A model generated the notes under the pieces. It was not told the origin of the DNA. It was given only the letters and a program-made list of their open reading frames with translations, and did not search any database. This document shows, piece after piece, positions 47,433-54,972 of a stretch of 64,000 nt of DNA. The stretch comes from Dehalococcoidia bacterium (GTDB taxonomy: Bacteria > Chloroflexota > Dehalococcoidia > Lucifugimonadales > Australimonadaceae). Numbering within the stretch: the stretch's first letter is position 1; each line of letters opens with the position of its first letter. The translations under genes were made by a program, and so were the position numbers. The stretch spans positions 1,309,567-1,373,566 of the forward strand of contig OZ242348.1 in NCBI GenBank assembly GCA_965208625.1. Direction: 5' to 3'.

Positions 47433-48683
47433 TTACCGGTGGGTGCTGGTCGCCAGCTCGCGGGCCGCGTCGTTCTCCCAGTAGCGATGCCAGTCGACGG
47501 AAGAGGGGAGCACGATATCGTTCCGGACGTAGATGCCCAGGTTCTCGGAACGCTTCTCTGGGTCACGGATGACGTGGACCGGGTCCTGCCCCTCCTGTAC
47601 GTCGCGCACAGCCTTCAGCAGCATCCGTCTAGCCGCCGCGATGGCCATGTCCGTGTATCCAAGGTGCTCCGTGGTGCGGTTCTGGATGGCGCCTTCGCCC
47701 TGGGTGGCCCACGTATCGTGGACGACGAAGTTCTGCCCCATCCCGATGAACTCCCTGTTCTTCATGGACTCGCGGTCCTGCCGGTAGCGGTTCGACTCGT
47801 TGCGGATGAGGCGGAAGTCTTCACCGATCTCTTCGGAGCGGGCATTCTGCTGCGGACGTATGGGCTGCGTACGGTTGAACCGGATGCCGTAGCGCCAATG
47901 GTGCGTGTCGTCGATGGGAACGTGCCAGTTGATGCTGTACCCCTCGGCGTCGCCCGCCACCGCCGCCAGGTTGGGCATGACGAAATTCGTGACCCTTACG
48001 TAGCTGTTCTCCTCGTCCACTTTCCGCACCGCGTAGATGCGGATGCCGAAGTCCGTGTCCTCCAGTTCGAGGTGAGGCGCGGTAACACGGGCGTTCAGGG
48101 TCTGATTAAGATCGCCCGAGCGGCTCAGGCGGTGGAGGAACGAGAGGTGCTGGGGGTCGATGTTGCCTTCGTTGCCCTGGAGATAGTTGCAGTCCTGGAA
48201 CACCTTGTAGACGGAGCGCTGCCCAGGCGGCACGTCGAACGCTTCGTAGGGAGGCAACGACGGCGGTTCGCCGCCACCGAGGTAGGCGAAAACCAGATCG
48301 CCACGCTCAGCTACCGGGTAGGCCAGGTGCAGCACCTTGTCCTTGAAAGTGCTGCCTTCCGGTTCGCCGGGTTGCTCCAGACAGTTGCCGTGGATGTCGT
48401 AGAGCCAGCCATGGTAGAGGCACCTCAACCCTCCGTCCTCTATCCGGGCGTAGCTGAGGTCGGCTGCACGATGGGCGCAATGGATGCCAAGCAGGCCGAT
48501 GCGGTCGAACTGATCGCGGAAGAGTACGAGGTCTTCGCCGAGAAGGCGCACTGGAAGGGGGGCGCTACCCGGAAGAATCTCAGAGCTGAGCGCAACGGGC
48601 TGCCAGTAGCGGCGTATGAGCGCACCGCCGGGCGTCCCGGGACCAACCTGGGTCAGAAGGTCGTTCTCCTCGCGGGTCAGCAT
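47433..48683 (-). CDS. Rieske oxygenase alpha subunit (paralog of 39792-41078)
   Basis: Start MLTREENDLL. CAHRA...CLYHGW, EGNIDPQHLSFLH, EHLGYTD. Confidence 0.92.
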   Translation of the reverse strand: MLTREENDLLTQVGPGTPGGALIRRYWQPVALSSEILPGSAPLPVRLLGEDLVLFRDQFDRIGLLGIHCAHRAADLSYARIEDGGLRCLYHGWLYDIHGNCLEQPGEPEGSTFKDKVLHLAYPVAERGDLVFAYLGGGEPPSLPPYEAFDVPPGQRSVYKVFQDCNYLQGNEGNIDPQHLSFLHRLSRSGDLNQTLNARVTAPHLELEDTDFGIRIYAVRKVDEENSYVRVTNFVMPNLAAVAGDAEGYSINWHVPIDDTHHWRYGIRFNRTQPIRPQQNARSEEIGEDFRLIRNESNRYRQDRESMKNREFIGMGQNFVVHDTWATQGEGAIQNRTTEHLGYTDMAIAAARRMLLKAVRDVQEGQDPVHVIRDPEKRSENLGIYVRNDIVLPSSVDWHRYWENDAARELATSTHR

Positions 48684-48842
48684 GCTCCACCCCCAACGAC
48701 ATCGTGAGGTTACCCAGCGAAAGAAGCGCAAGCAAGTCGAGCCAGCGCATGGCGCTGCGAGAGGACTCCTGTCTCGCGCAGTTGTTACCGACTCTCTCGC
48801 GGCTTATGATGACGCCAACCTGGGTACCTTTGGAGTTGTCCT

Positions 48843-49958
48843 GTGAGCAGTGAGGGGTCCTCGCTCCAAGAGCTCCGTATCTCCGCCGACTCCCACATGG
48901 GCGAGCCGCCCGATCTCTGGGAGAAGGAACTTCCCCTGAAGTTCCGTTCGCGAGCCTTGCGCACCCACGAAAGGCCCTTCGAGACCAATCACCTTCTGCG
49001 CGCGGGTTGCTGGGACCCCTATGAGCGGCTGAAGGACCTCGCGCTGGATGGCGTCAGCGCCGAGGTGCTCTACCCGACCCTCGCCGTCCCGGCATGGCTC
49101 ATCGACGACCAGGAACTCCAGGAAGCACATCTGCGCGTCTACAACGACTGGCTGATCGACTTCTGCAGGGTAGCTCCACACCGCTACTGGGGATTGGGCA
49201 TGGTCTCGTTGTGGAACGTGGATCATGCCATCCAGGAGATGCAACGGTTCATCGATGCCGGGCTGCGGGGCGTCGACATCTGGATCGCGCCGCCGGAGAG
49301 CTTGCCATACAGCGACCAACACTACGAGCCCTTCTGGGCCGCCGCCGAGGAGCTTGGCGCGACGGTCAATATGCACATCAACGGACGCGCCGAGTCCCGC
49401 GAGCGCGACCCCGCAGGCATCCCCATACACTCGATCAATGGGCACAAGAACGACGCGATGAACTCGCTGCTGCACATCATCGCCTCCGGGGTGCTCGAGC
49501 GTCACCCGCGCCTGAACGTCGCGGTGGCGGAGGCAGGCGCGGGCTGGGTCCCCTTCTGGCTTCAGGAGGCCGACCACTACACGATGAGCCGCCGCAGCAC
49601 CCTGTCCATGCCGCCCAGCGAGTACTTTAAGCGGCAGGTCTACTGCACCTTCATCAGCGACGCCGTCGGCGCATATCTCCTGCAGGACTTCGGCCAGGAC
49701 AACTTCATGTGGTCCAACGACTATCCTCACCCCGCATGCACGTGGCCCGACTCCAATATCCTCATCCCCGAGGAGTTAGGAGGACTCCCTGCCGAGGTGC
49801 AAGAGAAGGTTGTCTGGCGCACGGCGGCCAGGGTCTACAACAATGGCGAGCCTCCTGCTCCGCCCGACCCGTCCGAGGACCGCACCGAAGTCGAGAACTG
49901 GCTGGAGCACCACCGGGACTTCGGAGCCAGCGCGCGTCCGAAACACCGCACCGCCTGA
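48843..49958 (+). CDS. Amidohydrolase family 2 protein
   Basis: ISADSH, WDPYERLKD, VNMHI, AEAGAGW, WSNDYPH. Confidence 0.9.
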   Translation: MSSEGSSLQELRISADSHMGEPPDLWEKELPLKFRSRALRTHERPFETNHLLRAGCWDPYERLKDLALDGVSAEVLYPTLAVPAWLIDDQELQEAHLRVYNDWLIDFCRVAPHRYWGLGMVSLWNVDHAIQEMQRFIDAGLRGVDIWIAPPESLPYSDQHYEPFWAAAEELGATVNMHINGRAESRERDPAGIPIHSINGHKNDAMNSLLHIIASGVLERHPRLNVAVAEAGAGWVPFWLQEADHYTMSRRSTLSMPPSEYFKRQVYCTFISDAVGAYLLQDFGQDNFMWSNDYPHPACTWPDSNILIPEELGGLPAEVQEKVVWRTAARVYNNGEPPAPPDPSEDRTEVENWLEHHRDFGASARPKHRTA

Positions 49959-50022
49959 ATGTTGAGGAACCGGTAAACGTGGAGTAATCTGCCGCTAACG
50001 TCGCGCAAGAAGGAGTAGAGAT

Positions 50023-50736
50023 ATGGCAACCACGAAGCGATGGGGCCGTGACCAGCTCTCCCCCGACGAACTGATGGACGGGCTCGAGGACATCCGGGCC
50101 GAATGGAAGCAGGGGCACCCTGCACGATCGAAAGCAACCACGATCGAGATGATTGCCGAGCGCAAACGCCGCGCCCACCAGGGCGGCGACGGCAACCACC
50201 GCTTCGAAGGCGAGCGCTACATCAACACCACCAACAAGGATGTGCGCCGCTTCCAGCTCCGCAAGCTCATCGACGAGGGTGGTCAGGACACCGTCGGCGG
50301 GCCTGTGCCCAGCCACCCCACGCTGAGCCGCTGGCACTCCGAGGAGTTCGGTCTTCCCAAGGAAGAGATCGACGCGCTGGAGAAGAGCGACTGGGCGCCC
50401 GAGGAACTCGTATCCAACGGCTGGTACTACTGGATGCACCGCACCGAGCCCTGGCCCGTCCTCCTGGGCAGCGCGCTGGTGGGCGAGGGCGAGAAGCGGC
50501 TCCCTGAGGTGCGAGAGCAGATGGTCCAGGACCTCGAGGAGACCAGGCAGCTCTACGAGAAGCTTGGCATCAAGGACATCGATCGGGCCATGCTCAATCA
50601 GCATGAGCACTCGCCTATCGGGGCAGACGCAGACCACGTCGTCTTCGGTGAAGACGTTACCCGAGCCTTCGTGGACACACCGGACCTGCAGGAGCGGCTG
50701 CGGCGGGTGTTCATCTTCAGGCTGCAACGCCGGTAG
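50023..50736 (+). CDS. Heme-oxygenase-like (PqqC/CADD-type) protein with candidate diiron ligands
   Basis: LIDEGG...PSHPTL, VGEGE, HEH...DADH. AAGGAG RBS. Confidence 0.6.
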   Translation: MATTKRWGRDQLSPDELMDGLEDIRAEWKQGHPARSKATTIEMIAERKRRAHQGGDGNHRFEGERYINTTNKDVRRFQLRKLIDEGGQDTVGGPVPSHPTLSRWHSEEFGLPKEEIDALEKSDWAPEELVSNGWYYWMHRTEPWPVLLGSALVGEGEKRLPEVREQMVQDLEETRQLYEKLGIKDIDRAMLNQHEHSPIGADADHVVFGEDVTRAFVDTPDLQERLRRVFIFRLQRR

Positions 50737-50838
50737 CCGGGGTCTCGTCTCACGGCGTATCTCGATGCGCCCCATCGTCAGCATGCGCTCACGCGTCATG
50801 CAGGCTCGCCGTCAACATAGCCACGCGAGGGTATAGCG

Positions 50839-51654
50839 ATGCTGAACCACCCCCCTTACAGCGCCGACGACCTGAAGGACCCACCCCTCCCGGGGCCTGA
50901 GTTCATCGAACTGCTCCACCGGCAGCGGGCGGAGCGGTACCCCGAACCGCCGCCGTTCTACCAGCTCCTCTACGACGGTTCTCTGACCCGGGACGACCTC
51001 CAGTTGTGGGCGAAGAACCATTACTACTATCTGGACCACGGCCTGCAGTTCAGCACCGCCGCGCTCTACGTCAAGAACAACGACGAGGCATCGCGCACGC
51101 ATGAACTGAGGAAACTCGTCAAGATCGAGGGTCGGGACATCGTGAACGACCTCGTCGGCTGGACAACGCCCGCCTACGAGGAGTTGTGGATGCGCTTCTG
51201 CGAGGGTCTGGGCCTCGAACGTGAGGAGGTTACGGCGTGGCGCAACTTCACCCGCTCCTACTTCGCCGTGTCCACGCTCTCCCTGTGCACGCGGTGGTGG
51301 GAGTGGTCATGGCTCGACGGCATCGCGGGGTTGTTCGCAAGCGACCTGCTGGCCAGGGACACCATGGGCAAGGCGGGCGAAGCCCTGCAGACACAGTACG
51401 GCATCCCGGCAGAGCACCTGGAGTTCTTCGACCGCTTCACCCAGGATGCGGAAGAAGACCTGGGCTGGGAGGAGTCGACGCTCGTGGAGTGGGCCTTTAC
51501 GACAGAGCGGCAACTCACCGCGGCCCGAGCATTCCGCTACCGGCTGGACATCGACTATCAGTACGTTCAGCCTGTCCACGCCGCGATCACCACGGGCGAA
51601 CTCCCCGTCCAGGTGCCCGTCTCTCTCTACGAAGAGGAGCCTCCCTCGGCCTAG
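50839..51654 (+). CDS. PqqC/TenA-like helical protein with degenerate metal ligands
   Basis: PFYQLLYDGSLTRDDLQLWAKNHYYY, ELWMRFCEGLGL, WLDGIAGL, YGIPAEHLEFF (PqqC-like). His ligands absent. Confidence 0.72.
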   Translation: MLNHPPYSADDLKDPPLPGPEFIELLHRQRAERYPEPPPFYQLLYDGSLTRDDLQLWAKNHYYYLDHGLQFSTAALYVKNNDEASRTHELRKLVKIEGRDIVNDLVGWTTPAYEELWMRFCEGLGLEREEVTAWRNFTRSYFAVSTLSLCTRWWEWSWLDGIAGLFASDLLARDTMGKAGEALQTQYGIPAEHLEFFDRFTQDAEEDLGWEESTLVEWAFTTERQLTAARAFRYRLDIDYQYVQPVHAAITTGELPVQVPVSLYEEEPPSA

Positions 51655-51759
51655 CGGAACCACGCGAGTGCTGCGTTCCCAGTTCTGTGGAACGAGACAC
51701 TCCTTCGCTTGCTCCCAACTACTACCGCCGGAGCGGGATGTGGTGGTCTCGATATGGCG

Positions 51760-51789
51760 TTGACACCCTCCAGTTTGGAGAGTCATACT
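51760..51789 (+). promoter_or_regulatory. Putative sigma70 promoter of the GPP34-P450 gene with dyad in the spacer
   Basis: TTGACA-18 nt-CATACT. Imperfect dyad TGAC..CTCCA-GTT-TGGAG.GTCA. Confidence 0.5.
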
Positions 51790-51854
51790 GGCTACAAGTG
51801 CAGCAGGCGTAAGTGGCCCTAGAGTATCGCGATGGTGCACAGGAACAGGGGCTG

Positions 51855-53897
51855 ATGACTCTTTCCACAGAGGGTGTGACGACCCAGACGCTGAGCTTGC
51901 CTGAAGAGCTCATCCTGATGCTCCTCAACGAGGAGAGCGGCTACTTCCACCAGGTGCCCGGCTGGGACCTGAACTGCACTGTCGCCGGCGCCGTACTCGC
52001 GGAACTCTCCCTCATGGGCCGCATCGACACGGACGTGGAATCCCTGTTCATCGTCGACCGGAGTGAGACGGGCGACCCCGCACTGGACCCTATCCTCAAG
52101 GAGATCGCGGACGAACCCGTCCGGCACAACACCCAGTACTGGATCGAACGACTCGCGCCCCGCGCAGAGGCCATCGTCGATCTGACGCTGGACCGCCTCG
52201 TTGACCTGAACATCCTGGAACACCATGACGGCGAGTTCTGGACGTTGTCCCGCACCGTCGTGCAGGCAGAACTCTCCAACACCTCCTCAACAGGCACAGC
52301 GGCCCAATTCGTCAGGACGCGCATCAGCAAGGTAATCCTCAACAACGAGATTCCCGATCCGCGAGACGTCATCATCATCGCCCTCATCGATACATGCGAC
52401 GTCTTCCGCTTCATGTTCCAACTCGACGACGAGATAGAGCAGCGCATCCAGGCCATCTGCAGGATGGACCTGATCGGCCGGTCCATCGCCGAGGCAGTCT
52501 CTCAGAACATCGCCGGTCCGCTGCTTCAACGTTCCGCCTTCACCAAGAAGATCCCGACCGTTTCGCTGCGCAAGATGCTGTTCAGTCCTCACCTTCGCAG
52601 TGGGAATATCGCCGCGCTCTTTGCGAACCTCGCAAAGGAGTACGGGCCGGTGTTCAAGATACATCCACCATTCAGGAAGCCGATGATCTTCCTCGCCGGG
52701 ACGGACACGAACCACTGGGTGCACCGGCACGGGCGCATGTACCTGAGAGCGAAGGACTACTTCTCCGACTTCGAGAAGGTCTACGGCGCGAACGGAGTGA
52801 TGCCTTCGATGGACGGCGCCGATCATTTCCGGCTTCGTAAGTCCATGTCACCGGCGTACTCCCGCGGGAGACTGGAAGGACAGTTGAACATCCTCTACCG
52901 CCATGCCCGGAACCACATGGCCGGCTGGAATGTTGGAGACGCCTACCCTGCGACGAGCATGAGCAGGCGGATGATCAACGCGCAACTCTCGCCGCTCTTC
53001 GTCAGCGTCGATTCCCAGGACATCTTCGACGACCTGGCGAAGTACAAGGAGCGGGCGCTCCTCACGCACATCATGAAGGCTCTCCCCAAGTTCATGCTCC
53101 GCACTCCGGGCATGAAACGCCGGGCAAAGGCCGTGGATACCCTCTTGGAACGGGTCCAGAGCGTCCATACACCAGCGCAACGGGCCGGTTCCCCGCGGGA
53201 CCTCGCGGACGACTGGCTCAGCCTGCACGCAAGCGATCCGCAGTTCGTGCCGGAGACGACCCTGCGCTTCCAGCTGTCGGCGGCGTTGATCGCCAGCGTG
53301 TACCTTGGCGACGCGTTCAGTTTCGCGCTCTACGCCATGGCGTCGCAGCCCGATCTCTACCGGGAGATTCAGCGTGAAGCCGATGCTCTCTTCGATAACG
53401 GCGACCCCGACGGCGAGGAATTCACCCTGCAGGCGATAGACGTCACGCACCGCTTCCTTATGGAGACCGTGCGCATATACCCCATCGTCCCGATGTCCAT
53501 ACGGAACGTGATGAATACGTGCGTGGTGGAGGACTACGAACTGCCGGTGGGGTCACAGGTCTTCATCGCCACGACCGCGACGCACTACATGAGCGACATC
53601 TTCCCCGAACCTTTCTCCTTCGACATCGATCGCTACAAGGCGCCACGCAACGAGCACCTCAGTCCCGGGTACGCCCCCTACGGGCTGGGCACGCACACCT
53701 GTCTCGGCACCCGGTGGATGGAGCTGCAGTTGGCCATCAACGTGCTGATGATCGCGCACTATTTCAACATCGAAGTGTTCCCCTCGAACTACAAGCTCAA
53801 GTTCAACCCGATCCCGTCGATGAAGCCGAGCAAGAAGCTGAAGTTCCGCATCGCCGAGCGGCGGCGTGAGATACCCCTGGTCGCCTGGCAACACTGA
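51855..53897 (+). CDS. GPP34 (GOLPH3/Vps74)-domain cytochrome P450 fusion
   Basis: N-terminal LSLPEELILMLL, AGAVLAEL..GRI, TGDPALD (GPP34). C-terminal ETVR (ExxR), FDIDRY and heme loop PYGLGTHTCLG. Confidence 0.88.
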   Translation: MTLSTEGVTTQTLSLPEELILMLLNEESGYFHQVPGWDLNCTVAGAVLAELSLMGRIDTDVESLFIVDRSETGDPALDPILKEIADEPVRHNTQYWIERLAPRAEAIVDLTLDRLVDLNILEHHDGEFWTLSRTVVQAELSNTSSTGTAAQFVRTRISKVILNNEIPDPRDVIIIALIDTCDVFRFMFQLDDEIEQRIQAICRMDLIGRSIAEAVSQNIAGPLLQRSAFTKKIPTVSLRKMLFSPHLRSGNIAALFANLAKEYGPVFKIHPPFRKPMIFLAGTDTNHWVHRHGRMYLRAKDYFSDFEKVYGANGVMPSMDGADHFRLRKSMSPAYSRGRLEGQLNILYRHARNHMAGWNVGDAYPATSMSRRMINAQLSPLFVSVDSQDIFDDLAKYKERALLTHIMKALPKFMLRTPGMKRRAKAVDTLLERVQSVHTPAQRAGSPRDLADDWLSLHASDPQFVPETTLRFQLSAALIASVYLGDAFSFALYAMASQPDLYREIQREADALFDNGDPDGEEFTLQAIDVTHRFLMETVRIYPIVPMSIRNVMNTCVVEDYELPVGSQVFIATTATHYMSDIFPEPFSFDIDRYKAPRNEHLSPGYAPYGLGTHTCLGTRWMELQLAINVLMIAHYFNIEVFPSNYKLKFNPIPSMKPSKKLKFRIAERRREIPLVAWQH

Positions 53898-53917
53898 GGA
53901 GTACGGAAGACGAAGGT

Positions 53918-54961
53918 TTACAGGGGCTTGCGCGCCAGAAAGCAGTACAACGGCGTGAAGACCCCGGCCCTGCCTCCTGCGACATAGGCATTGGCCGTAC
54001 CGTCCATCAGTCTGACGACGTCGGCGGACCCCTTCGGGAACACGCCCAGCGCCTCGGCCAACCGGGATACCCCGGTGTACGCCTTGCGGCCCAGCGGAGT
54101 CCTGCGCAGGGTGTTGCCCAGCGTGCCGCCCCTGGTCTCCATAGGCCGGTACCACGGGGGGGAGGAGTGTGACCCTCCTCCATCGAGAGCACGGTCCACG
54201 CCTTCGATGACCTGGAACCCCGCCGATTCGAGCGCCCGGTTCACCTCGTTCATCGTTGCGATGTCCTTGAGCGCGATGCCCTGCATCAGGTCGTTCTTCA
54301 TGGACTGATGCCGACTGTCGCTGGGATCGAACCTGTCCGTCATGCACATCTCCTGGCCCCAGAAAAGGGCGCCAGGTTTCAGCACGCGGTAGATCTCCGC
54401 AAACGCGCCCGCCTTGTCCGGCGCATGGCACGTCGATTCGATCGCGTAGCCCCGGTCGAACGCGTCGTCAGGGACAACGCTCATGTCCATGAAACTGCAC
54501 GCGATGTAGTCGACCATGTGATCGAGTCCCGCCTCAGCAGTCAACGACCTCGCCCTCTCCAACTGGACTTCGCTGCTATTGATCCCGACGACCCTGACTC
54601 CCGCCTCCGCTGCGACGCGGCGCATGGGGCCACCGACCCCGCAACCGACGTCGACCACCGTCATGCCTTCCTGCAATTCCAGTTTGGCGATCATGAGCCG
54701 CTGGTGCCGCGCCTGGGAGTGCTCCAGGCTCTCGCGAGACGACAGCGGCGCGAAGTGGAGGGACTCGCTCCAACCGAACACCATGAACTCATTGCAGAGG
54801 TCGTAGTATTCCCTGACAGTTTCGACGTGGTCGTAGCCCGCCGGACCGGCGTCCTCCACGTTCGCTCTGTCCATCCACCTGTCGAAGTGCTTGACGCGGT
54901 GGCGGACGTCCGACCCGCGGTACGCGGCCTTCAGCCTGTTGGGTAGTTCGCGAAGTTGCAT
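53918..54961 (-). CDS. Sterol 24-C-methyltransferase-like SAM methyltransferase (ERG6/SMT family)
   Basis: SMT regions: YYDL...GWSESLHFA, VDVGCGVGGP, YAIESTCHAP, YRVLKPG..., WYRPM and C-terminal FTPLY..LARKP. Confidence 0.88.
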   Translation of the reverse strand: MQLRELPNRLKAAYRGSDVRHRVKHFDRWMDRANVEDAGPAGYDHVETVREYYDLCNEFMVFGWSESLHFAPLSSRESLEHSQARHQRLMIAKLELQEGMTVVDVGCGVGGPMRRVAAEAGVRVVGINSSEVQLERARSLTAEAGLDHMVDYIACSFMDMSVVPDDAFDRGYAIESTCHAPDKAGAFAEIYRVLKPGALFWGQEMCMTDRFDPSDSRHQSMKNDLMQGIALKDIATMNEVNRALESAGFQVIEGVDRALDGGGSHSSPPWYRPMETRGGTLGNTLRRTPLGRKAYTGVSRLAEALGVFPKGSADVVRLMDGTANAYVAGGRAGVFTPLYCFLARKPL

Positions 54962-54972
54962 GAGCATTCCTT

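Noticed and set aside
50023-51654. PQQ biosynthesis operon
   Set aside because: No pqqA peptide (ExxxY), pqqB, pqqD or radical-SAM pqqE, and the PqqC catalytic residues are not retained.
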